DNA of 64,000 nt from Deltaproteobacteria bacterium (GCA_016218805.1 JACRCW010000168.1:1-64000); one strand, 5' to 3'; positions 41,691-51,889 are shown, counted from the first letter of the stretch. The notes: a model not told the origin generated them from the sequence alone. Made by a program: numbers and translations.

Positions 41691-44174
41691 ATGGTCACCA
41701 GTCCCATGCCCGGCCAGGCGTCGGCGACGATAGAAGCATGGACGCTCACCCGTCCGGTTCCGGCCCCGCTGCCGGGGTTGCTGGCGTTTGAGGTCCAGCA
41801 TTCGGACGGGCGTTCCGGCGTGCTGCGGGCGCTGGAGCGCGTGCACGCAGGTCCGGACGGCGGCCAGGGCACGCTGGAGGTGCTGGCGCGGCTGGAGCGG
41901 ACCACGGACCCGCGGATTGCCCGGCCCATGGGTCAGGGGTTTGGCACGTGGGAGGGGAAGGCCATCCTGTACGTGGTCACGCCGCCGTTGCCGGGCGCGC
42001 CACTGGCGGAGTTTGCCGCGGTGCCGGGCGCCCTCCAGCCCGGTGAGATGGTGGGTGCACTGGTGCAGGCGGCCGAAGGCCTGGGCGCGGCGCACGGTGT
42101 GGGCACGCCCCACGGCAACATCCACCTGGGCTCGCTGTACCTGGTGCAGGGTGGTCGCCTCGTCGTGGGGGAGTTCGGCCTGGCGCCGTGGCCCGCCGGC
42201 AGCCCCGCACCCCAGCGCCAGCTCCCTGCGCCCGAACTGCGTCGCGGCGGGCCGGCCACGTTTGCCGGTGACGTGTTTTCGCTGGCCCTGGTGGGCGCCG
42301 GGATCCTGTGCGGCAAGGACGCGCTGCGGCGCTGGCGCGAGTTGGCCCCGGGCACGGAAGCGGGCGATGTCATGCCCGCCCTGGAGCGCGTTGGCGCCCC
42401 GCCGGACGTCATCCGCGCCATCATGAGCGCCCTGCACCCCGATCCGGTGGCGCGTCCCTCCGCGCTCACGCTGGCCAACCAGCTGCGGCCACGTGCGGCG
42501 CCGCTGCCGGACGTGGCCCGCTCCGCGGACCCGCGCGCGCGCGTTGACGCCTGGCTGGGTGAAAAGTCCGACCCCAAGCGCGTGGCGCCCCCGCCGGCCG
42601 CGGCGGCTCCCGCACCCGCCCCCGTGCCGGCCCCTGCACCCGCCCCCGTGCCGGCCCCTGCATCCGCCCCGGCGGCTGCCGCCCCGCCCACGGTCACCGT
42701 CGCCCCGGTGTTGCCCTCCAACGGGCTGTCGCCCATCCCGCCGTCCCAGGCGCCCACGCTGCCGCTGCCCGTCAGCGGACTCACGTCACTGAGCGTGCGC
42801 ACGGCCACGCCGGCGGCCGGCACCAGTGCCAACCCGTTTCTGTCGTCGTCGGGCGGGTTTGAAGAGGTCGCCGTCACGGAGAGCTCCATCATCGCTGACA
42901 GCGCGGACGCGGTGGATCCGCCGCCGCCGGCACCCGCCGCCGCCAGCGCCAACACCACGCTGCCGCCGCCGGCTGGCGCCATCCTTGAGGAGCGCCCCGC
43001 GCCGCCTCCGCCGCAGGCGCCCCCACCGCCACCGCCGCCGTCCCTGCCGCCCACCGCGGCACGCACCGCGCCGCCCCCGGCGACGCCTGCCGCCACCGCT
43101 CCGGCGCCCGGGCCCCTGTCCATCAACCTGGCCACGCTGCCCATTGTCATCCCGCGCTCCGGGGACTTCCCGCTGGTGGCGCGCTGGACGGAACGCACCG
43201 CCGGCAAGGGCCAGTCTCCCGTCGAGATCGTGCGTCCCCGCACGCCCGCGGGCGCCACGCCCCCGCAGTCACAGGTGAACCGCCTGACCGTGCTGGCGCT
43301 GCTGTTTGGCCTGCTGGCCGGCGGTTTTGCGGCGCGCGGGGCAGGGCGCGCGGAGCCCGGGCCGGGGTCGTTGCGGCTGGAGAGTTCGCTGCAGGACGCG
43401 GAGGTGGAGGTCACCGCGGAGCTGGATGGGCGCGCGGTGGGCAGGCTGCCGCTGGACCTGTCCGGCGTAGGCGCGGGTCCGCACGTGGTGGTGCTGCGCG
43501 GTGAAGGGGCTGACCCGGCCGTGGTGCACGTGGTGGTGGAGACCGGCAAGCGCGCGCTGGTGCGCGGTGCCCCGGAGTTCTTCTCTGCGCGCCTGAGCGT
43601 GACGTCGTCCGCGCGCAGTGTGACGGTGGCGCGCGGCGAGGACCCACCGCGTGCCCTGCCGGCCGAGTTTGACGATCTGGACCCGGACTCCGACGTGAAG
43701 CTGGTCTTCCGCGTGGGTGACCGCGTCCTTCACCGCACGGTGCACGTGGGCAACGGCGAGACCACCTTCCACCTGGAGGTTGAGGCCCCGGCGGCCCGCC
43801 CGGAGGATCCCGGCGCCAGCCCGGCGCCCTCCCCGGCGCCGCTGCGTCCCCCTCCTCCTCCTCCTCCTCCTCCTCCCGCCGCCAGCCCGCGGGACCCGGA
43901 GGCCGCCGCGTCCGCCGTGGCGGAAGGCAACCGGGCCTTGCTGGCGGGCGAGTTTGATGCGGCGCAGGCCGCCATGGAGCGCGCGCTGAAGGCGGACCCC
44001 GGCCAGGCGGATGCGCACAAGGGCCTGGGGGTCATCCATGCGCGGCTGAACCATTCGTGTGACGCGCTGCGGAGCTACCGGAAGTACCTGGAGGTGCGCC
44101 CCGCGGCGTCCGACGCGGACCGCGTGCGCGCCATCATCCGCGAACTGGAGCAGAAGGCGCCGGACTGCACCTGA
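41691..44174 (+). CDS. Membrane-anchored Ser/Thr pseudokinase with Pro-rich linker, PEGA and TPR domains
   Basis: Kinase fold with HGNIHLGS (for HRDLKPxN), GEFG (for DFG), APE, DVFSL; TM helix; PEGA-like GSLRLES...LDG..VG..P; C-terminal TPR. Confidence 0.75.
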   Translation: MVTSPMPGQASATIEAWTLTRPVPAPLPGLLAFEVQHSDGRSGVLRALERVHAGPDGGQGTLEVLARLERTTDPRIARPMGQGFGTWEGKAILYVVTPPLPGAPLAEFAAVPGALQPGEMVGALVQAAEGLGAAHGVGTPHGNIHLGSLYLVQGGRLVVGEFGLAPWPAGSPAPQRQLPAPELRRGGPATFAGDVFSLALVGAGILCGKDALRRWRELAPGTEAGDVMPALERVGAPPDVIRAIMSALHPDPVARPSALTLANQLRPRAAPLPDVARSADPRARVDAWLGEKSDPKRVAPPPAAAAPAPAPVPAPAPAPVPAPASAPAAAAPPTVTVAPVLPSNGLSPIPPSQAPTLPLPVSGLTSLSVRTATPAAGTSANPFLSSSGGFEEVAVTESSIIADSADAVDPPPPAPAAASANTTLPPPAGAILEERPAPPPPQAPPPPPPPSLPPTAARTAPPPATPAATAPAPGPLSINLATLPIVIPRSGDFPLVARWTERTAGKGQSPVEIVRPRTPAGATPPQSQVNRLTVLALLFGLLAGGFAARGAGRAEPGPGSLRLESSLQDAEVEVTAELDGRAVGRLPLDLSGVGAGPHVVVLRGEGADPAVVHVVVETGKRALVRGAPEFFSARLSVTSSARSVTVARGEDPPRALPAEFDDLDPDSDVKLVFRVGDRVLHRTVHVGNGETTFHLEVEAPAARPEDPGASPAPSPAPLRPPPPPPPPPPAASPRDPEAAASAVAEGNRALLAGEFDAAQAAMERALKADPGQADAHKGLGVIHARLNHSCDALRSYRKYLEVRPAASDADRVRAIIRELEQKAPDCT
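42612..42659 (+). repeat. 24-bp perfect tandem duplication in a Pro/Ala linker
   Basis: GCACCCGCCCCCGTGCCGGCCCCT x2 plus a partial third copy. Confidence 0.85.
43851..43874 (+). repeat. (CCT)8 in-frame trinucleotide repeat (poly-Pro)
   Basis: Eight perfect CCT units. Confidence 0.85.
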
Positions 44175-44183
44175 GGTCCGCGC

Positions 44184-45635
44184 GTGCCCCGCCTTCTCCG
44201 CCACCCGCAGCATCTTCCTGCCGCCCTGCTGGCGCCGCTGTGGTTGGCGGCGGCGGCGGCGCGCGCGCAGGCGCCTGAACCCGTCATTGAAGAGGAGGTG
44301 GCGGAGGAGGTGGCGGAGCCCGCCGGCGGGGACGGGCCCGCGGTGGCGCCGCGCTACGTGGTGGATGCCGTGGAGGTGCGCGGCAACTGGAAGACCGCGG
44401 ACGCGGTGATCCGCGCGCGCGTGGACCTGCGCGCCGGCGAGTTCCTGGACGAGGAGAAGCTGGAAGTGAGCCGCCTGCGCCTGGTGGCCACCGGCTTCTT
44501 CCGGGACGTGACCACCAAGCTGGAGCGCGGCGGCGCGCGCAACCACGTCATCGTCGTCTTCCAGGTGACGGAGACCGTCCCCATCCCCATCGTGGAGGGC
44601 GTCTTCCTGGGCTTCTCACAGGTGACGCCGCTGTTCGCGGGGCTGTCGCTCGTGGACAACAACTTCCTGGGGAAAGGCATCACCGTGGGCGTGGGTGGCG
44701 TGGCCAGCCCCCGGCAGCAGGCCATCCGCGCGCGCATCATTGAGCCCTCCATCCTGGGCAGCTCGCTGGGGCTGCGCGCGCGGTTGCTGTTCAACAACGG
44801 GCAGGAACCCATTGCGCTGGGGAGCTCTGCCACCGCCGGCGGCACGGTGTCCTACCGCCGCGTGGGTGGCAGCGGCGGCATCATGCTCACGGAGGGTTGG
44901 GTCGGCCGGTTTGCCATGGACTACCGGTTTGAGCTGCTATGGGGCGAGTTGCGCCTGGTGCCCGGCGCGTCCCGCCCCCCGCGCCTGCTGCCCGGCGTCA
45001 GCCGCCTGTCCACGTTGACGCTGTCCTTTGAGCGCGACACGCGCAACCGGCTGTTTGTCCCCACGGAAGGCAGCGTCCTGCGGTTTGCAGCGGAGGGCTC
45101 CAGCGCGCTGCTGTTGTCAGACTACGAATACGCCAAGTTCCGCGCCGGCTACGAGGCCCTGCTGCCGCTGCGCCGCCTGTGGTCCCCGCTGGCCGAACAC
45201 GCGCTCTCCCTGCGCCTGGAGGCCGGCTACATCCAATCCGGCCTGCCCACCGGCGGCGAAAGCGGCGCGCCGTTCTTTGAGGAATTCTACGTCGGGGACA
45301 CCAGCTACTTCCGCTACCAGCGCAACAGCCTGCCGCGTTATTTCGGGATGAACTTTGCGCCGTTCAATGAGTACGGTGACGCGCTGTTCACCGTTGGCGG
45401 CGAGTACGACTTCCCCATTGTGAGTTCCGGCAGCAGCTTCCTGTACCGCGCGTACCTGTACGGCGCGTGGGACGTGACGGAGGTGACCCGCGTGCGGGAC
45501 GTGACCGCGCGCCGGCTGCGCGGGCGCCTGTTCCTGGACCACTTCACGCCCACATTTGACGCCGGCATCAAGCTGGACACGCTCATTGGCACGTTCACCT
45601 TCTCCGGCTCGTACGCCGTGGACCTCATCCTGTGA
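44184..45635 (+). CDS. Omp85/BamA-TamA family outer-membrane protein with one POTRA domain
   Basis: Signal peptide; VEVRGN.KT...VI...L..GE...RL..TGFF.DV POTRA; DNNFLGKG; RDTR....P..G; alternating beta-strands. Confidence 0.85.
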   Translation: MPRLLRHPQHLPAALLAPLWLAAAAARAQAPEPVIEEEVAEEVAEPAGGDGPAVAPRYVVDAVEVRGNWKTADAVIRARVDLRAGEFLDEEKLEVSRLRLVATGFFRDVTTKLERGGARNHVIVVFQVTETVPIPIVEGVFLGFSQVTPLFAGLSLVDNNFLGKGITVGVGGVASPRQQAIRARIIEPSILGSSLGLRARLLFNNGQEPIALGSSATAGGTVSYRRVGGSGGIMLTEGWVGRFAMDYRFELLWGELRLVPGASRPPRLLPGVSRLSTLTLSFERDTRNRLFVPTEGSVLRFAAEGSSALLLSDYEYAKFRAGYEALLPLRRLWSPLAEHALSLRLEAGYIQSGLPTGGESGAPFFEEFYVGDTSYFRYQRNSLPRYFGMNFAPFNEYGDALFTVGGEYDFPIVSSGSSFLYRAYLYGAWDVTEVTRVRDVTARRLRGRLFLDHFTPTFDAGIKLDTLIGTFTFSGSYAVDLIL

Positions 45636-46264
45636 CGCGCCTGGCCGCCCTCCTCGGTGTCGCCGTCTTCGCCGCGGGCGCGGCGGAGATGAACGTCGTG
45701 GTGGAAGGGCGCGCGGAGCAGGGTTTGCTGCAACTCAACGTGCCCACGCCGGGCATCGCCACGTCGTCGTTCCGGTCCCGGCTGCAGGACGGCCTGACGC
45801 ACCGCATCCGCTACACGCTCACGCTGCGCCAGGAGGGGCAGGACACGGTGCTGCTCACGGAGGTGCTGCAGTCTGAAGTGGTTTACGACCTGTGGGACGA
45901 GGTCTTTGTGGTCACACACGCGGAGGCCGGGCGGGTGCGGCGGTCCCGCGTCAAGACGGTGGACAAGGTCACCGCGCTGCTGGAGAAGCCGCGCTTCCGC
46001 ACGGCGGTGCCCGTGCGCACGCTCCCGCCGGGGCGCCTGGTGGTGGAGGTGCGCGCGGAGGTCAACCCCGTCAGCGAGGAAGTCCTCAACCGCACCCGCC
46101 AGATGCTGTCCCCGCCCCCGTCTGACGCGGAGAACCGCGCGGCACGTGGGCTGCTCGGCAGCGTGGCGCGCATCTTCGTCAACGAGTCCAGCGCGTCCGG
46201 CGGCGCCGAGGCGTTCCTGTATCGCGGCGCGCCGTTTGTCGTTGTCACCGGAGGCGCCCCATGA
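45632..46264 (+). CDS. DUF4390-like periplasmic protein
   Basis: Signal peptide; L.DG....I.Y.L.L, V.YDLWDE.F.V; position upstream of NtrY/NtrX-like genes. Confidence 0.65.
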   Translation: MTRLAALLGVAVFAAGAAEMNVVVEGRAEQGLLQLNVPTPGIATSSFRSRLQDGLTHRIRYTLTLRQEGQDTVLLTEVLQSEVVYDLWDEVFVVTHAEAGRVRRSRVKTVDKVTALLEKPRFRTAVPVRTLPPGRLVVEVRAEVNPVSEEVLNRTRQMLSPPPSDAENRAARGLLGSVARIFVNESSASGGAEAFLYRGAPFVVVTGGAP

Positions 46265-47847
46265 GCCTGCGCGGCGCTTTCCTGGACATGTTTGGCACGC
46301 GCGTGGCGCGCCGGCTGCTGCAGGCCCTGTTGCTGGCCGCCATCCTGCCGCTGGTGAGTGCGCTGGGCGTGGGGTTTCTGCTGCTGGAGTTCTCCATTGG
46401 CGTGGGACTCAATGAGACGGTGGAGGAGGCGCTGCAGTCGGACGTGCCGCTGTACGGCGCGCTGTTTGAAGCCAAGCGCTCTGAATACCGCGCCGCCGGC
46501 CGCGCGCTGGCGCTGGAGGCCGCCGCCCTGGGACATCCGCCCGCGGACCGGGACCTGCTGGAGCTGTTGGGGCGCCACGCTGAGCTGGGAGCGCTGGCTG
46601 TGGAGGCGGCCGGCAACGGGGCCCCGCCCGTGGAGGACGCGGACGGCGAGGAAACCCCCGCACCCGCCCCCCAGGTGGTCCGCGTGGTCCAGGCCCCCGC
46701 CATGCCGGCGGGCCGCCCCTTTGACGTGCGCGAGCCGCTCCCCGGCGGGCTGCAACTGCACGCGCGCTTTGTGCTGCCCGCGCGGTTTGACCAGGGGCTG
46801 GCCCACAGCCGCGACCTGGCCGAGACGTTCAAGGCCGTCCGCAACGCCCGCGGCGCCATCCTGCGCGGCCTGCTGCTGACGTTTGTCGCCGTCGTGGTGT
46901 TTGTGCTGCTGGGTGCGGCGTTCCTGGCCGGGATCATTGCGCGGTCCATCACCCGCAAGGTGGCCGTGCTGTCTGACGCCGCGCGCGAGGCCGCGCACGG
47001 CAACCTCTCCGTCCGCGTGGATGAACACTGGTACGACGAGCTGGGGGACCTGGCGCGCGCGTTCAACCGCATGCTGGGCGAGATTGCCGAGGGGCGCGAC
47101 CGCATTGTCTACCTGGAGAAGATCAGCGGCTGGCAGGAGGTGGCGCGCCGGCTGGCCCACGAGATCAAGAATCCGCTGACCCCCATGGTGCTGGCCGTGC
47201 AGGAGCTGGCGGAGAAGGTGCCGGCGCAGCCGGAGGCCTACGCGCGCCTGGTGCGCACCGCGCGCGAGATCGTGGAGGAGGAGGCGACCACGCTGCGCCG
47301 CCTGGTGCAGGAATTCAGCGACTTTGCGCGCCTGCCCGACGTGCGCGTGGAGCCCACCGACCTGTGCGCGTTCTGCCGGGATTACCTGGAGAGTGCGCGC
47401 GACGTGGCCGCCGCCGCCGATGCGCGCCTGGAGGCCCCCGCCGGCCCGCTGTGGACGGCGCTGGACCGCGCACTGTTCCGCCGCGTGCTGCAGAACCTGG
47501 TGGCCAACGCGGTGGAAGCGCAGGGCGGCTCACTGCGCCCGGGGGACCCCGTGGCGGATCCCCGCCCGCGCGCCTGGATCCGTCTGACCGGACCCGAGCA
47601 CGGCTGGCTCACCCTCTCCGTGGATGACGCCGGGCCGGGCGTGCCCGCCGCAGACCGCCACCGCATCTTTGAGCCGTACGTCACCGGCAAGCGCACCGGC
47701 ACGGGCCTGGGACTGGCCATTGTGAAGAAGCTCGTGCTGCAGCACGGTGGCACCATCCACGTCGTGGAATCTCCGGACGGCGGCGCGCGCTTCATGGTGC
47801 GGTTGCCCGGCGTCGCCGCTCCGGCCAACCTCGCTCCCGCGTCCTGA
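46261..47847 (+). CDS. NtrY-like HAMP sensor histidine kinase
   Basis: Two TM helices, HAMP (DELGDLARAFNRM), WQEVARRLAHEIKNPLTP, EFSDFARLP, NLVANA, D.GPG, GTGLGL. Confidence 0.93.
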   Translation: MSLRGAFLDMFGTRVARRLLQALLLAAILPLVSALGVGFLLLEFSIGVGLNETVEEALQSDVPLYGALFEAKRSEYRAAGRALALEAAALGHPPADRDLLELLGRHAELGALAVEAAGNGAPPVEDADGEETPAPAPQVVRVVQAPAMPAGRPFDVREPLPGGLQLHARFVLPARFDQGLAHSRDLAETFKAVRNARGAILRGLLLTFVAVVVFVLLGAAFLAGIIARSITRKVAVLSDAAREAAHGNLSVRVDEHWYDELGDLARAFNRMLGEIAEGRDRIVYLEKISGWQEVARRLAHEIKNPLTPMVLAVQELAEKVPAQPEAYARLVRTAREIVEEEATTLRRLVQEFSDFARLPDVRVEPTDLCAFCRDYLESARDVAAAADARLEAPAGPLWTALDRALFRRVLQNLVANAVEAQGGSLRPGDPVADPRPRAWIRLTGPEHGWLTLSVDDAGPGVPAADRHRIFEPYVTGKRTGTGLGLAIVKKLVLQHGGTIHVVESPDGGARFMVRLPGVAAPANLAPAS

Positions 47848-47862
47848 CGGCAGGAGGAAGCC

Positions 47863-49314
47863 ATGCAGGTGCTGGTCCCCCCGGAGCACACCATCCTTGT
47901 GGTGGATGATGAAAAGAACATCCGCCGCATGCTCCGCCTGGTGCTGGAAGGGGAGGGCTACCGGGTGCGCGAGGCCGGGGATGCGCCGGAGATGTTTGTG
48001 GAACTGCACAAGGCCGTGCCGGACCTGGTGATCCTGGACGTGCGCCTGCCCGGGCAGGACGGCATTGCCGCGCTGGAGCAGCTGCGCGGCAAGCACACGG
48101 ACCTGGCCGTGATCATGGTCAGCGGGCACGCCTCCATTGGTGATGCGGTGCGCGCCACGCGCGCGGGCGCCATGGATTTCTTTGAGAAGCCGCTGGACCG
48201 GGACCGCGTGCTGCTGGCCGTCCGCAACGCGCTCACCCGCCACGTCCTGGAGGAGCGCAATGAAGCGCTGGCCAGCCGCGCCTTCAACCCGGGCGACGAT
48301 CCCATGCTGGGCAATTCCACGGCGATGAAGACGCTGCGGGAGTCCATTGCCAAGGTGGCGCCCACGCCGGGCCGCGTGCTCATCACCGGAGAAAGCGGCA
48401 CGGGCAAGGAGCTCGTGGCGCGCGCCATCCACGTCGCCAGCAAGCGGTCACGGCAGCCGTTTGTGAAGGTGAACTGCGCGGCCATTCCGCAGACGCTCAT
48501 TGAGAGCGAGCTGTTTGGCCATGAGCGCGGCAGCTTCTCCGGTGCGGAGCGGCGCAAGCGCGGCCTGTTTGAGCTGGCGGACGGCGGCACGCTGTTCCTG
48601 GACGAAGTGGGCGACATGGCCGAAGGCGCGCAGGCCAAGGTGCTGCGCGTGCTGCAGAGCGGTGAGATGAACCGCGTGGGCGGCGAGAGCACGCTCACCG
48701 TGGACGTGCGCGTGGTGGCGGCCACCAACCGCAACCTGGAAGAGGCGGTGAAGAAGGGCGCCTTCCGCGAGGACCTCTACTTCCGCCTGGCCGTGGTGCC
48801 GCTGAACGTCCCGCCGCTGCGCGCCCGCGCCGACGACATCCCCGTGCTGGTGCGCTCGTTCATGGACCGGTTCTGCCGGGACAACGGGCTGCCGCACAAG
48901 GAGGTGTCCCCGGACGCGCTGAAATCCATGACGGAGTACCGCTGGCCCGGCAACATCCGTGAGCTGCGCAACGTCTGTGAGCGCCTCTCCATCCTGGGGG
49001 GCGATCCCATCTCACCCGCGGACCTCCCGCGCGAGATGGCCGGCGGCGCCGCCGGTCCGCCCGACGAGCTCAGCCTCCCACCCGCCCTGGCGCGCGCGGA
49101 AGGAATGTCCCTGCGGGACTTCCGTGACGAGGCGGAGCGCTGGCTGGTGGAGAAGCGCCTGCGCGAGTGCGACTGGAACATCACCCGCGCGGCGCAGGCG
49201 CTGGGCCTGGAGCGCACCAACCTGCACAAGAAGATCCGCCAGCTGGGCCTGGCCCGCCCCGGGGACCTGCCCGCGGACGCCATGGAGGCGGACGCGCCAG
49301 ACAGCGAGGGCTGA
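47863..49314 (+). CDS. NtrX/NtrC-family sigma54-dependent response regulator
   Basis: Receiver (VVDDE, LDV, KP), GESGTGKE, ESELFGHERGSFSGA, FLDEVGD, FREDL.FRL, WPGN.REL.N, Fis-type HTH. Confidence 0.95.
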   Translation: MQVLVPPEHTILVVDDEKNIRRMLRLVLEGEGYRVREAGDAPEMFVELHKAVPDLVILDVRLPGQDGIAALEQLRGKHTDLAVIMVSGHASIGDAVRATRAGAMDFFEKPLDRDRVLLAVRNALTRHVLEERNEALASRAFNPGDDPMLGNSTAMKTLRESIAKVAPTPGRVLITGESGTGKELVARAIHVASKRSRQPFVKVNCAAIPQTLIESELFGHERGSFSGAERRKRGLFELADGGTLFLDEVGDMAEGAQAKVLRVLQSGEMNRVGGESTLTVDVRVVAATNRNLEEAVKKGAFREDLYFRLAVVPLNVPPLRARADDIPVLVRSFMDRFCRDNGLPHKEVSPDALKSMTEYRWPGNIRELRNVCERLSILGGDPISPADLPREMAGGAAGPPDELSLPPALARAEGMSLRDFRDEAERWLVEKRLRECDWNITRAAQALGLERTNLHKKIRQLGLARPGDLPADAMEADAPDSEG

Positions 49315-49316
49315 CC

Positions 49317-49763
49317 ATGGACGAGAACCGCCTGCGCGAGAAACTCGCCCGCATTGAGGCGCTGCTTGCCGGCGCCACCACGCCCGGTGAGCGGGACGCC
49401 GCCCGCGGCGCGCGGGACCGCCTGCAGGAGCGCCTGCACAGCCAACAGAGCCAGGCGCCACCTGAGGAGCACCGGTTCTCCATTGAGGACCCGTATTCGC
49501 GGATGCTGTTTGTGGCCCTGGCCCGGCGCTACGGGCTGGCGCCCTACCGGCGGCACCGCCAGCACCGCCGCACGGTCAACGTGAAGGCGCCCGCGCCGTT
49601 TGTCCGGGACGTGCTGTTCCCGGAGTTCCGCGAACTGGCCGACGCGCTCCACGAGGACCTGCTGCGGGAGACGCAGGCGCTCATTGCGCGCGCAGTGCAC
49701 GGTGACACGACGGAGGCGACGGAAACGGAGGAACCGGCGGGGCTGCTGCCGGGGCGGACCTAG
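49317..49763 (+). CDS. Hypothetical protein (DUF2786-like N-terminal helix pair)
   Basis: REKLARIEALLAGATTPGERDAA N-terminus; 2 nt after the regulator stop. Confidence 0.7.
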   Translation: MDENRLREKLARIEALLAGATTPGERDAARGARDRLQERLHSQQSQAPPEEHRFSIEDPYSRMLFVALARRYGLAPYRRHRQHRRTVNVKAPAPFVRDVLFPEFRELADALHEDLLRETQALIARAVHGDTTEATETEEPAGLLPGRT

Positions 49764-50356
49764 CGCGCTGCCGGCCCGGGCACGCCGGCCGCCGGGAGCG
49801 TGCGCGCGCTGATGGCCAGCAGGATCATCTTGTCCACCATGTTCTTGCGCTTGGTGACAACCACCAGCGTCCCGCCTTCGGGGATGGACACGTCGCTGCG
49901 GAACTCCTGCGCGGGCTTGCGCCCGGACCTGGCCTCCATGGCGATGTCCAAGTTGATTCTCCCCTGCTTCTTGCCGCGCGCCTGCACCCGCAGGAACCGC
50001 TTCTTTTCCGGGCGGCCAAACTGCATGGTCACCGCCTCGGAGCTGCGCAGCTCCTTCTGCAGCGCGTCCAGGATGGAATACTGGTGAAACGGCAACGCCT
50101 TGAGGTCCTTGGCCAGCCCGGCCAGCGCCGGGTCCAGCGGGGCCTCCGCTTCGCCGGTGGAGGACGCGGCACGCGCGCCCTGGGTGGCCTCAATGATCTT
50201 CACCTCCACGCCGTAGGTCTCCTCCGCGGCCGCGGCCACCGGGGCGGGGGCGGCGGCAGGCGCCTGCGCCAGCACCAGACCGGGCAGGGCGGCCAGCACC
50301 AGCAACGCCAGGACCCGGGAAACCTGCTCGGAATGGGTCGTGCGGAGGGAGGTCAT
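49760..50356 (-). CDS. Hypothetical periplasmic protein downstream of an ECF/anti-sigma pair
   Basis: Signal peptide ending VLA-QA; beta-rich body. Confidence 0.7.
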   Translation of the reverse strand: MTSLRTTHSEQVSRVLALLVLAALPGLVLAQAPAAAPAPVAAAAEETYGVEVKIIEATQGARAASSTGEAEAPLDPALAGLAKDLKALPFHQYSILDALQKELRSSEAVTMQFGRPEKKRFLRVQARGKKQGRINLDIAMEARSGRKPAQEFRSDVSIPEGGTLVVVTKRKNMVDKMILLAISARTLPAAGVPGPAAR

Positions 50357-50372
50357 CGTCGGGGGAGCGGGA

Positions 50373-50996
50373 CTACGGAGTGGCCGTGGTGGATTCCTGG
50401 GCCACTTCGGACTCCACCTCGGGTGGCATGTCCGAATCAAGGGCTTCTTCTTCCTCGCCCTCTTCCGTGTCCACCTCGTCCGTGCCCGCCAGCCAGATCA
50501 CCGTGACGCTGGAGCCGGCGGGCTGGAACACCACGGCGGTGGTCTCTGAGGTGTCCAGGCTGTGAATTTCTGCCGCGGTGGTCAAAGACGCCGGGGCGCT
50601 GCCTGAGTTGTCCGTGATGGCGGGGAGCCCCAGGGCCAGCAGGCCGGCGGCGGCGGCGGCGGCCAGGGGGGCCAGCAAGCCAGCCCGCTGCCACTGCCAG
50701 GTATCCTCCACGGACGCCCAGGCGCGCTGCAGCCAGTTGGAACGTGGGGCGGGGGCCGCAATGGCCTGGAACACCTGCGCCTGGAGGGCCCGGAAGTCCG
50801 CGTCTGCGGTCTGTGCCATGAGCGTGACCCGGACCTGGGTGGCCAACTGGGTGAACTGCTCCAGCGCCTCCACCAGCCCGGGGTCCCGCGCTACCCGCTC
50901 AGACCATTCCTGGAGATCTTGGTCTGACGCCTGACCGTCCGCCACCCGCTGCAACAGCAGCGCCACGTGCTCTGGAAGGTCATAAAAGCCAGACAT
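50373..50996 (-). CDS. Putative membrane-bound anti-sigma factor
   Basis: Helical N-terminus (LLQRVADG), one TM helix, acidic periplasmic tail with TVIWL; directly after an ECF gene. Confidence 0.7.
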   Translation of the reverse strand: MSGFYDLPEHVALLLQRVADGQASDQDLQEWSERVARDPGLVEALEQFTQLATQVRVTLMAQTADADFRALQAQVFQAIAAPAPRSNWLQRAWASVEDTWQWQRAGLLAPLAAAAAAGLLALGLPAITDNSGSAPASLTTAAEIHSLDTSETTAVVFQPAGSSVTVIWLAGTDEVDTEEGEEEEALDSDMPPEVESEVAQESTTATP

Positions 50997-51073
50997 GTCA
51001 ATCACCTTTGCTACGCTACCACGCGCCCGGACAAACGGCGACACCCCATAGACGCCTGTGACCGGCATCATCT

Positions 51074-51889
51074 TCAATCGGCTTGCCCGCCTTGTTCCGG
51101 TCCAGGACCCGCTGACGGTTGGGACTCCTGGCGGGAGGTGCCCAGCCCCTGGCCGTCCTTGAGCCCCAGCACCGGCCGGAGGTGCTTCTGCATGTTGTGG
51201 CGGGCGTGAAACAGCCGGCTCATCACGGTGCCTATGGAGATGTTCAGCACGCTGGCCAGTTCCTCATAGGACATCCCCTCCACCTCCCGCAGCAGCAGGA
51301 TGGTGCGGTGGTTGGGGGTGAGCTTGGCCAGGGCCGCCTGGATGTGTTGGCCCAGCTGCTTGTTCTGCGCGTTCTGCAGCGGGTGGGTGCCCGGGCGGAC
51401 CGGGCTGACCTCCAGCTCGCTGGCGCGCTCGGCGTCTTCAGGCACGCCGTCCGGCAGCGCGTCCGTGCGCGAACGCGCACGCTTGCGGCGCGCGTCAATG
51501 CACAGGTTCACAATGATCCGGTACAGCCAGGTGTAGAAGCTGGATTGGCCCTGGAAGCGGTCCAGGTTGCGGTGCGCCTTGATGAACGCGTCCTGCACCA
51601 CGTCCATGGCGTCGTCGCGGCTGCGCATCATGCCCACCGCCACCGCCAGCGCGCGCTGCTGGTAGCGGTCCATCAGCCGGGCAAACGCGGCTTGATCGCC
51701 CTGGCGGGCGCGGTCCACCAGGAGCCGGTCCTCGTCCAGTTCGGCCTGCCGTGCCTGGCTCACCCGCGCCCTCCGCCTGCGTCCCGCTTCCGCGGGGCGT
51801 GGCTCATTTACCGCCTTTTCGGGCGGCGTGGCGTTGGGTTTTGGACTCCATCCAAACCATTCAACGGTCAAATCAAGCGTGGCATTCAT
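51074..51889 (-). CDS. ECF sigma factor (RpoE-like)
   Basis: [23 protein letters not shown]...[29 protein letters not shown]....[11 protein letters not shown]. Confidence 0.94.
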   Translation of the reverse strand: MNATLDLTVEWFGWSPKPNATPPEKAVNEPRPAEAGRRRRARVSQARQAELDEDRLLVDRARQGDQAAFARLMDRYQQRALAVAVGMMRSRDDAMDVVQDAFIKAHRNLDRFQGQSSFYTWLYRIIVNLCIDARRKRARSRTDALPDGVPEDAERASELEVSPVRPGTHPLQNAQNKQLGQHIQAALAKLTPNHRTILLLREVEGMSYEELASVLNISIGTVMSRLFHARHNMQKHLRPVLGLKDGQGLGTSRQESQPSAGPGPEQGGQAD

